Source of the DNA: Candidatus Nealsonbacteria bacterium
GTDB taxonomy: Bacteria; Patescibacteriota; Minisyncoccia; Minisyncoccales; CAZKCU01
Direction: 5' to 3'
Length of the DNA stretch: 64,000 bases
Assembly (NCBI GenBank): GCA_047456305.1
Contig: CP179888.1
Span: forward strand, 445,307 to 509,306
Shown: positions 17,456 to 24,934 of the stretch, piece by piece
Layout: each line of letters begins with the position of its first letter
Position numbering within the stretch: the stretch's first letter is position 1
Program-made: the position numbers and the translations under genes
Notes under the pieces: generated by a model
The model's database searches: none
Seen by the model: only the letters and a program-made list of their open reading frames with translations
What the model was told of the DNA's origin: nothing

Positions 17456-17538
17456 ATTTACGAACCCAAATAAAACCAGAGACCGGATAAGCAAAAAAAA
17501 AGGTCGTTTAGTAAATTAAATTAAAATAAAATAAAATT

Positions 17539-17787
17539 ATGAGACCTATTTTTTGGGGCTTAATCTGTTTCCTGATTGGAATGGTTGGCTGGATTGCTTT
17601 TAGTGTTATAGGTGGTCTTGGAGAAGGAATTACTGGAGAAGCTGATCCTACATTCAAAGCTTTGGTGAGCTTTTTTGGAATGATATTCTTTTTCAGCTTG
17701 CCGGTGGCAATTATCTTTGAGATTATTCGCTGGGCAAGAAAGAGAAAGAGAAGGAAAAGAGAAGGAGAGCTAAACTTGAAAAATTAA
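17539..17787 (+). CDS. hypothetical two-TM membrane protein
   Basis: ORF track; AAAAGGTCG motif upstream. Confidence 0.5.
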   Translation: MRPIFWGLICFLIGMVGWIAFSVIGGLGEGITGEADPTFKALVSFFGMIFFFSLPVAIIFEIIRWARKRKRRKREGELNLKN

Positions 17788-17797
17788 AATTCTAACT

Positions 17798-18322
17798 ATG
17801 GCAAAAGAAAGATTAAGCATTTTACAAAAAGCCATTATCACTACCTTAAGAGCTTTAGATGAAGTAGAATATAAAACTAATAAAAAGCTATTCAAAAAGA
17901 AAGCCAAACAACCTCCATACTGGCACAAATTAAGAAAGACAACTGGTGATGGAAGTATGGTGGGATCAGGTTGGATTACAGATAGGGGTTTGAAATTCTA
18001 TGTAGAGAAATGTTTGAAAGCACACTACAAACTTCCGGAATTAGATTTTAGCAATTTAGACAAAGTCAATGCTCAAGAGGAAGAAAGAATGAAGCACCCC
18101 AAATACAATTATTTTGACCATAAGCCGACAGGAAAAGTTAGTCAGCGACTTGGCTATAATATCTATCGTTCCTCCTCTTTTGATATTTCATTCAGCAGGA
18201 GTTTAAAGAGCTTATGGGAAAAGAAGTTTATAGAATGTGATTTTATTAAAAATTGGAGGAATAAGGTAGCTCAAATAAGAACAATAAAACTAACAGAGAA
18301 GGGTCTTAATGTTAAGATGTGA
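17798..18322 (+). CDS. hypothetical protein, MAKERLS paralog 1
   Basis: N-terminus MAKERLSILQKAII shared with the next ORF; C-terminal KLTEKGLNV is suggestive of a winged-helix domain. Confidence 0.5.
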   Translation: MAKERLSILQKAIITTLRALDEVEYKTNKKLFKKKAKQPPYWHKLRKTTGDGSMVGSGWITDRGLKFYVEKCLKAHYKLPELDFSNLDKVNAQEEERMKHPKYNYFDHKPTGKVSQRLGYNIYRSSSFDISFSRSLKSLWEKKFIECDFIKNWRNKVAQIRTIKLTEKGLNVKM

Positions 18323-18367
18323 GCTTCCATAATTTAACAATAAGAAATTTGAAATAGAATTGTAAAT

Positions 18368-18823
18368 ATGGCAAAAGAAAGGTTAAGCAAACTTCAGAAG
18401 TGGATAATAAGGAATTGTAATCGCTGTAAATTCTCTGGCGGGGAAGCAACTGCTATGAGTCGCAAAGACATATTGGGGTTTTTTGCCTTTGATTATGAAG
18501 CCAATGAAGAGTATGAAGAAAGAAAAAACAGAGCAGAGGCAACCATAAGCAGGAGTATAAAAAACTTAAGGTGTAAGGGTTTTATAGAAGAGTTTAGTCG
18601 TGCTATCAAAAGAGGATTTTATATGAAAAAGGAAAATGGTATCTCTATAATGGAAGAACAAATAAAGGAAACTGGTTGTTTGGATAAAAAAGAAGGAAGA
18701 GAAGAAATAAAACAATCTTTTGGGAATTCAAGATTACCTGAATATACAAAATTGATTGAATTGACTGATAAAGGAATAAAAAAAAGGAAAGAACTCTTAA
18801 AGTTAAGTTCTGACAATAGCTAA
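18368..18823 (+). CDS. hypothetical protein, MAKERLS paralog 2
   Basis: N-terminus MAKERLSKLQKWII; C-terminal ELTDKGIKKRKELL. Confidence 0.5.
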   Translation: MAKERLSKLQKWIIRNCNRCKFSGGEATAMSRKDILGFFAFDYEANEEYEERKNRAEATISRSIKNLRCKGFIEEFSRAIKRGFYMKKENGISIMEEQIKETGCLDKKEGREEIKQSFGNSRLPEYTKLIELTDKGIKKRKELLKLSSDNS

Positions 18824-18910
18824 AACTTAACAATAAGAATTAGTTGATATTCTGAAACCCTGTTAAAATAGAAAAAGAGAAAAAAATAAAAAAGTTAATA
18901 AGAAAAAATT

Positions 18911-20572
18911 ATGACCAAAGTAGCAATATACATCCGGGTCTCAACCCAGCGTCAAGAAAAAGAAGAAACAGAAAAAACTCAACTATCTAAATTAAAAGAA
19001 TATTGTAAAAAAAATGACTATCAGATAGTCAAAGAATATTCTGATGTTTGTTCAGGTGCTTATCTATCAAGAACCGCCTTAAACCAATTAAGAGAAGATG
19101 TGAAGAAAGGAATCTTTGATGTTATTTGTGTTTATGCTCTTGATAGATTATCCAGAAAATTAGGACATCAAATAGCATTGCTTGATGAATTTGAAAAAGA
19201 AGCAAAAGTTAAAGTGGAAAGTTTGGAAGAAAAATTTGAAGATAGTCCTGAAGGAATGTTAAACCGAAATATGAGAGGAGCTTTCGCTGAATATGAAAGA
19301 TATAAAATAGCCAAGCGTCTAATGGACGCAAAATGGAGCAAAGTGAAGGAAAAAAAGCTAATTGGTTGTTATCCTCCTTTCGGCTATACTAATGTTAAAA
19401 AGACAGATGACACGCCGGCTCATTTTCTAATAAACCCAAAAGAAGTTTCAATAGTTAGGTTGATATTTAAGATTTATCTTGAAACAAATAGCACTTATCA
19501 AACAGCTATTCAACTTAAGGAAATGGGAATTAAAGGCAGAGGCAGAGGCAAGGGCAAAAATGGTAAGGACAAGCCGACATCTCTTCACCCAAAAACAATC
19601 CGAGAAATGCTGAAGAATGAATCATACATTGGTAATTGGTATTATGGCAAAACCTATTGTTGCGAGGCAAAGTATCACATTAAAGAGGAAAGGAAGCATA
19701 AAATAACCGGAAGAAAAATTAGACCCAAGTCAGATTGGAAACTGGTGAAAATACCAGAAATTATTGATAAAGAAATTTTTGATAGAGTTCAAGAAAAAAT
19801 GAATAAAAAGAAAAGTGATTATTTAAAACCATCAAAAAAGCATTTTTATCTTTGTCAAAGTTTAATTAAGTGTATTCATTGTAAAAGGACTTATAGTGGT
19901 CATAAGCAAACTAACAGAAAAAGAAAAAAACCTTTCTTCACTTATTATTGTGGGCAAAAATATCCAAGAAGAAATAAGCTTGATGAAGTTGCCTGTCCCT
20001 CAAGGTCAATGGGAAGAGACAGATTGGATAATGCTGTTTGGGATTATGTTAAATCTTTGGTTAGTGATGAGAATAAAGTCAAAAAGGGAATAAAAAAATT
20101 AGCAGAGAAAAGAGAAAAAGATAGGTCATTTAATCAGAAAGTTTATAATTCTCTGATAGCTGAAAAAGGGAAACTGGAAAAAAAGAAGCAGAGATTTATA
20201 GATCTCTATGGCGATGAAAACTTCACTCAAGAAGAGATAGATAATAAAGTTTCAGAAGTCAACAGCTTACAAGAAAATTTGAATAATCAAATAAGAGAAG
20301 TAGAAAAAGAATTTCAAAAGATAGAAAATCTTAAACTAATAGAAAAGGAAATTGAAAAACTTTGTTTTAGATATAAAACTAAAATAAAAAAGAATCCAAG
20401 CCCAGAATTAAAGAAATTTATTGTCAGAAGTTGGATAAAAGAAATAAATATACTTGATGACGGAAGAGTTTTTATCAAAGCAAAATTGCCGGAATTAGAA
20501 GAAATTTCAAGGGAGAAATTAGAATTTCCCTCTCAAAAGCGTATTCCAGCACAAACTCCTCAATCTTTATAG
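18911..20572 (+). CDS. large serine recombinase (integrase)
   Basis: VAIYIRVSTQRQ (catalytic Ser), YALDRLSR, recombinase domain, Cys-rich zinc-ribbon region (CIHC...C...C) and C-terminal coiled coil; ends in attR. Confidence 0.9.
   Translation: MTKVAIYIRVSTQRQEKEETEKTQLSKLKEYCKKNDYQIVKEYSDVCSGAYLSRTALNQLREDVKKGIFDVICVYALDRLSRKLGHQIALLDEFEKEAKVKVESLEEKFEDSPEGMLNRNMRGAFAEYERYKIAKRLMDAKWSKVKEKKLIGCYPPFGYTNVKKTDDTPAHFLINPKEVSIVRLIFKIYLETNSTYQTAIQLKEMGIKGRGRGKGKNGKDKPTSLHPKTIREMLKNESYIGNWYYGKTYCCEAKYHIKEERKHKITGRKIRPKSDWKLVKIPEIIDKEIFDRVQEKMNKKKSDYLKPSKKHFYLCQSLIKCIHCKRTYSGHKQTNRKRKKPFFTYYCGQKYPRRNKLDEVACPSRSMGRDRLDNAVWDYVKSLVSDENKVKKGIKKLAEKREKDRSFNQKVYNSLIAEKGKLEKKKQRFIDLYGDENFTQEEIDNKVSEVNSLQENLNNQIREVEKEFQKIENLKLIEKEIEKLCFRYKTKIKKNPSPELKKFIVRSWIKEINILDDGRVFIKAKLPELEEISREKLEFPSQKRIPAQTPQSL
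20563..20570. other. attR core (ATCTTTAT)
   Basis: identical to 8356-8363; MBL homology resumes immediately. Confidence 0.7.
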
Positions 20573-21279
20573 TAAGCCCTCAGAGGCATCAGATTCTGAT
20601 TGATGGAGGACCGGGGCCTGCTATTTTAGAAAAATTGGCAACTGAGATGCCTTTTTATGATCGCTCTTTGGATTTAATTGTTTTAACTCACCCTGAACAT
20701 GATCACATTGCAGGTTTAATTGAGGTTCTAAAAAGATACAAAGTAGATTATATTTTGTGGACTGGCATTATTAGAAATACCTCTGAATATGAAGAATGGT
20801 TAAAGACCATTGCCCGAGAGAATGCTCAAATAAAAATAGCTAAAGCTGGCCAGAGAATAATCGCATCGAGAATGGTTCTTGATATTTTACATCCTTTTGA
20901 AAATCTTGAGGACAAAAAAGTCAAAAATAGCAATAATACCTCTATAATTTCCCATCTAATTTTTGGTAATAACTCTTTTTTATTCACTGGCGATGCTTAC
21001 AAATCAGTAGAGAAAAAACTTATTGAAAGCAAGACCAATATTGATTCTGATGTTTTAAAAGTCGGTCATCATGGGAGTAAAACTTCAAGTGCAAAAGATT
21101 TTATTGAAAAAGTATCTCCGGCAATTGCTGTAATTCAATGTGGCAAAAACAATCCTTATGGTCATCCCCGCCCTGAAACTCTTGAAACTTTAGCCAAGTA
21201 TGATATAAAAATTTTAAGAACTGATTTAGATGGCGACATAAAAATAATTTCCGACGGCACAAAAATAAAAATAAAATAA
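20563..21279 (+). pseudogene. 3' fragment of the ComEC/Rec2-like MBL-fold gene
   Basis: open frame reads IFIVSPQRHQILIDGGPGPAILEKL...LTHPEHDHIAGL...GDA...HHGS. The ORF-track start at 20635 is an artefactual TTG. Confidence 0.8.
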
Positions 21280-21451
21280 TTCGCTCGGCAGGACATTCGG
21301 GGATAAACCGCTCGGCAACGAAGTTTTCAAAGTACCGACCCTCAAAATCCCAGCGAGATTTTGGGGTCTGCGTTCTCGGCTCGTCGTCCGCCTTCGGCGG
21401 AACCATGCCGACGAGCCTCCGAAAGCTACTTTGAAACTTGTTACCTCGCTT
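21280..21451 (+). repeat. family A structured repeat, copy 1
   Basis: CGCTCGGCA boxes, outer stem AAGTTTTCAAAGTA/TACTTTGAAACTT, hairpin with CCCAGCGA loop, nested hairpin then ACCATGCC, ends TTACCTCGCT. Confidence 0.75.
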
Positions 21452-21492
21452 ATTATTCGTATATTCGTACTTATTCGTAATTCGTAGGGTTT

Positions 21493-22557
21493 ATGAATTT
21501 TCCAATTTTTAAAACTAAAATCGAAGGCGTAAATCAGAAGTTTCAACTATCCAATCCTCAGGAGCGGCAGAGATATTTTGAGCTGAAAGCAGGATTAGAG
21601 ATTGAAAAGCTAAAGGAGTATCTCAAAGATAATACCTTTATTGCTTATCTCTTGGGCAAGAAGAATTCGGGTAAAGGTACTTATTCAAAAATGTTTGGAG
21701 AAGCTGTCGGGAAAGAAAAAGTTGACCATTTTTCCATTGGCGATATGGTTAGAGATATTGATAAGGAAATCAGAGACAAAAAAAAGAAAAAAGATTTAAT
21801 TACTTTTTTAGAAAAAAACTATCGGGGCTGGCTTTCTCTTAAAGAAATAAGTCAGACCTTAGAAGAGAGAAGTACCAAAACTCTCTTGCCAACCGATTTA
21901 ATTTTGGCCCTTGTAAAACGAGAAATTGCCAAAAGAGAGAAAAAAGCCGTTTTTATTGACGGCTTTCCTAGAGATTTGGGACAAATTTTTTATTCTTTAT
22001 TTTTTAGAGATTTAATTGGTTATCGTGACGACCCTGATATTTTTGTTTTGATTGATGTTCCTGAAGCAGTAATTGATGAAAGAATCAAGTGGAGAAGAGT
22101 TTGTCCCGTTTGCCAGACCTCAAGGAATTTAAAACTACTCCCGACCTCAAAGATTGGATATGATAAAGCAAAAAAAGAATTTTATTTAATTTGTGACAAT
22201 TCCGACTGTCGAGGAGTTAAGATGGTTTCAAAAGAAGGAGATGAATTTGGCATAGCACCAATAAGAGAAAGATTAAAAAAAGACACTGAGTTAATTCAGC
22301 GGGCTCTTTCTCTTTACGGTATCCCTAAAGTTTTTCTCCGCAATTCTATTCCAATAACAAAAGCAAAAGAATTCGTCGATGATTATGAGATTACCCCCGA
22401 ATATCATTATGAATGGGATGATAAGGAAGAAAAAGTAAAAATAGAAGAGTTACCCTGGATTATGAAAGATGATGAGGGTAATGCATCTTACAGTTTATTA
22501 GCTCCGCCAGTGGTAGTCTCTTTAATTTCCCAGATAGTTGAAGTGTTGAATCTTTAA
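21493..22557 (+). CDS. divergent adenylate-kinase-family protein with N-terminal extension
   Basis: P-loop GKKNSGKGT, DGFPR motif, Zn-lid CPVC...CDNSDC. The canonical adk is at 39914. Confidence 0.55.
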   Translation: MNFPIFKTKIEGVNQKFQLSNPQERQRYFELKAGLEIEKLKEYLKDNTFIAYLLGKKNSGKGTYSKMFGEAVGKEKVDHFSIGDMVRDIDKEIRDKKKKKDLITFLEKNYRGWLSLKEISQTLEERSTKTLLPTDLILALVKREIAKREKKAVFIDGFPRDLGQIFYSLFFRDLIGYRDDPDIFVLIDVPEAVIDERIKWRRVCPVCQTSRNLKLLPTSKIGYDKAKKEFYLICDNSDCRGVKMVSKEGDEFGIAPIRERLKKDTELIQRALSLYGIPKVFLRNSIPITKAKEFVDDYEITPEYHYEWDDKEEKVKIEELPWIMKDDEGNASYSLLAPPVVVSLISQIVEVLNL

Positions 22558-22599
22558 CTGAAAGCCAAGAGTTAAAAACAAAGAATTTTATTTTTGGAC

Positions 22600-22629
22600 T
22601 TGACTTAGTTCCAGGTAGGGAGGTATAAT
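22600..22629 (+). promoter_or_regulatory. sigma-70-like promoter of the candidate sRNA
   Basis: TTGACT, 18 nt spacer, TATAAT. Confidence 0.5.
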
Positions 22630-22635
22630 AAAAAT

Positions 22636-22808
22636 AGCCCTGCCAAAACTTCTGGTTATATCTGGTACAAACATTTTTTTCGGGAGTCTGATATGATTAT
22701 AGCCTTCGGGCTGTATCTTCGACACCCACATGGATTTTTTTCCGGATACGATTCTCTGGGGGTGGAAGCAGGGCTCCAAAAAATCTCGGAAATATCCGAG
22801 TTTTTTTG
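22636..22808 (+). ncRNA. candidate ~170-nt small RNA (class unresolved)
   Basis: promoter at 22600; 5'/3' closing helix AGCCCUGC/GCAGGGCU; internal helices UAUCUGG/CCGGAUA and UAUAGCC-uucg-GGCUGUA; terminator CTCGGAaatatCCGAG plus T7. Confidence 0.4.
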
Positions 22809-22839
22809 TTTTTCCCCAGATTTGACACGTACCGAATAG

Positions 22840-22911
22840 TCGGGGCGCTGAGAATCGAACTCAGATCACAAGACCCCCAGCCTTGCATACTAACCGTTGT
22901 ACTACGCCCCG
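22840..22911 (-). tRNA. tRNA-Pro (anticodon GGG)
   Basis: hand-folded cloverleaf: acceptor CGGGGCG/CGCCCCG, D stem GTAC/GTAT, anticodon stem CAAGG/TCTTG with loop CTGGGGG, T arm CTGAG-TTCGATT-CTCAG, discriminator A; no encoded CCA. Confidence 0.85.
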
Positions 22912-22913
22912 AT

Positions 22914-23135
22914 TTACTTCCTTTTTCCCATTGCTTTTATACATTTGGTGCAGGCTAAAATTCTTTTTCCAGCAAATTTTTTATAAGATTCTTTTTTTAT
23001 CCCAACAGGAATTTTAACTCGTTGTAAATTTGGGTATTTTCTTTTTTTGATGGTTGGATTATATTTCCCTCGAAGTTTTTTTAACTTCCAGACCATCCCT
23101 GATTTTTTACCGCAAATTAGACATTGCTTTGCCAT
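22914..23135 (-). CDS. rpmB: 50S ribosomal protein L28
   Basis: MAKQCLICGKK...YNPT.KKRKYPNLQ pattern. Confidence 0.85.
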   Translation of the reverse strand: MAKQCLICGKKSGMVWKLKKLRGKYNPTIKKRKYPNLQRVKIPVGIKKESYKKFAGKRILACTKCIKAMGKRK

Positions 23136-23200
23136 ACGTTTTCATTTTAAACTTTTTATTAATTTTTGCAAGGCATTTGTTAATATGTTATAAAAAAAAC

Positions 23201-23812
23201 ATGGATCCAACTATCATCTTTTTCTTAATCATTTTACTTTTTTCGATTGTTATTCATGAGGTTTCTCACGGAGCCATGGCTAATTTGTTGGGCGATCCTA
23301 CAGCAAAATACGCCGGTCGTCTTACTTTAAATCCAATCAAACATTTAGATCTAGTTGGGTCTATTTTTGTGCCGTTGTTTTTGCTCATCCTAAGAAGCCC
23401 CATTTTATTTGGCTGGGCAAAACCAGTACCAATTAATCCTTATAATTTTAGAAACCCAAAATGGGATGGAGCCAAGGTAGCCATAGCTGGCCCCGGAGCA
23501 AATATTCTGGTAGCCTTAATTTTCGGACTAGCTATTAGATTTTTCCCGTTACCTGCTTCAATTTTAACCATTTTTAGTATTATTGTTATTTTAAATCTCA
23601 TCCTAGCCATTTTCAATCTAGTTCCCATTCCACCTTTAGATGGTTCTCATATCCTTTTTACTTTTTTGCCCGAAAAATTTGCCAACATTAAATTATTTTT
23701 ACATCAATTTGGAATTTTTATTTTACTCTTTTTTATATTCTTTGCTCTGCGTTGGATATTCTCAGGAGTGATGATACTTTATTATTTAATTACCAGCCAG
23801 CCCTTTATTTAG
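23201..23812 (+). CDS. site-2 protease family (M50) membrane metalloprotease
   Basis: HEVSHG zinc motif in TM1, polytopic, NLVPIPPLDGS motif. Start moved to the ATG at 23201 because the track start overlaps rpmB. Confidence 0.7.
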   Translation: MDPTIIFFLIILLFSIVIHEVSHGAMANLLGDPTAKYAGRLTLNPIKHLDLVGSIFVPLFLLILRSPILFGWAKPVPINPYNFRNPKWDGAKVAIAGPGANILVALIFGLAIRFFPLPASILTIFSIIVILNLILAIFNLVPIPPLDGSHILFTFLPEKFANIKLFLHQFGIFILLFFIFFALRWIFSGVMILYYLITSQPFI

Positions 23813-23942
23813 TTGACATTTTTAGATTTATTTTATAATATAAAACATAAGCGCAAAGCGCTTTATATTTTTTAATTTTGATATTTGATTTTTAATTTTG
23901 ACTAAGCCCAAGCGAAGCGAAAGCGAGCGAGGGTGAAGGAAT

Positions 23943-24356
23943 ATGCCAACCATTAGACAATTAATTAAAAAAAGAAGAAAAAAAATCATTAAAGGTCACA
24001 AGATGCCGGCTTTGACATTTAGTTTTAACGTTTTAAAGAATCGACCCAAAAAACATCCCTCTCCATTTAAAAGAGGAGTTTGTCTTAAGGTTTTTACAGT
24101 AACTCCTAAAAAACCAAACTCGGCCTTAAGAAAAGTAGCAAGGGTCAAACTTACTAATGGGATGGAAGTTACTGCCTATATCCCTGGGGAAGGTCATGAT
24201 TTACAGGAACACTCAATAGTTTTAATTAAAGGAGGAAGAGTAAGAGATTTGCCCGGGGTAAGATACCATATTGTTCGTGGCGTTCTCGATACAGGGGGAG
24301 TGGAAGGAAGGAAACAGGAGAGAAGTAAGTACGGAACCAAGAAAGAGAAAAAGTAA
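23943..24356 (+). CDS. rpsL: 30S ribosomal protein S12
   Basis: MPTIRQLI...[10 protein letters not shown]...[10 protein letters not shown]. Confidence 0.95.
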   Translation: MPTIRQLIKKRRKKIIKGHKMPALTFSFNVLKNRPKKHPSPFKRGVCLKVFTVTPKKPNSALRKVARVKLTNGMEVTAYIPGEGHDLQEHSIVLIKGGRVRDLPGVRYHIVRGVLDTGGVEGRKQERSKYGTKKEKK

Positions 24357-24440
24357 CAACACGAAACCAATACACGAATGAGGCACCAATGTCACAAATA
24401 TTTATTCGTGTCATTGGTGTATTATTAGTGTCGAGCTCAT

Positions 24441-24908
24441 ATGAGAGGAAAAAAGAAAATAAAACAAGAAATTTCGCCTGACCCCGTTTACAATAACGTT
24501 ATTGTTGCCAAATTTATAAACCAGGTGATGCGCCGGGGCAAAAAGACTATAGCCAGAAAAATTGTCTATAGAGCATTTGACATTATTAAAACTAAGACCA
24601 AAAAGGAACCTTTAGAAGTTTTTGATTTGGCTTTTAAAAATGCCTCGCCTTTACTCGAAGTAAAACCAAAAAGAGTTGGCGGAGCAACCTATCAGGTTCC
24701 CAGAGAAGTAAAGGGGGAGAGAAGGTTAACTTTGGCTATGCGCTGGATAATTCAGGCGGCAAAATCAAAAAAGGGAAAGCCAATGAGAGAAAAGTTGGCT
24801 GAAGAATTAATTGCAGCCGCAAATAATACTGGAGCGGCAGTTAAGAAAAAAGAAAATACCCACCGTATGGCCGAGGCTAACAGGGCTTTTGCCCATTTCG
24901 CTTGGTAA
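24441..24908 (+). CDS. rpsG: 30S ribosomal protein S7
   Basis: [17 protein letters not shown]. Confidence 0.95.
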   Translation: MRGKKKIKQEISPDPVYNNVIVAKFINQVMRRGKKTIARKIVYRAFDIIKTKTKKEPLEVFDLAFKNASPLLEVKPKRVGGATYQVPREVKGERRLTLAMRWIIQAAKSKKGKPMREKLAEELIAAANNTGAAVKKKENTHRMAEANRAFAHFAW

Positions 24909-24934
24909 TTCACCTTTGCTTTAAAATTTTCATT

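Larger units (their letters stand above)
8356..20570. mobile_element. ~12.2 kb integrative plasmid-like element (large-serine-recombinase type) inserted in the ComEC-like gene
   Basis: 8-bp ATCTTTAT at both junctions; split target gene; LSR at right end; Rep-like gene plus iterons; tyrosine recombinase; orphan ORFs. Confidence 0.8.

Noticed and set aside
8356-20570. Calling the element a prophage
   Set aside because: I could recognise no terminase, portal, capsid, tail or lysis genes. The Rep-plus-iteron module points to an integrative plasmid instead. Small orphan ORFs could still hide structural genes.
22636-22808. Assigning the candidate sRNA to SRP RNA or 6S RNA
   Set aside because: The GGAAGCAGGGC string sits in the closing helix, not next to an apical GNRA loop as in SRP domain IV. 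The 6S assignment rests only on size and shape, so the RNA is left unclassified.
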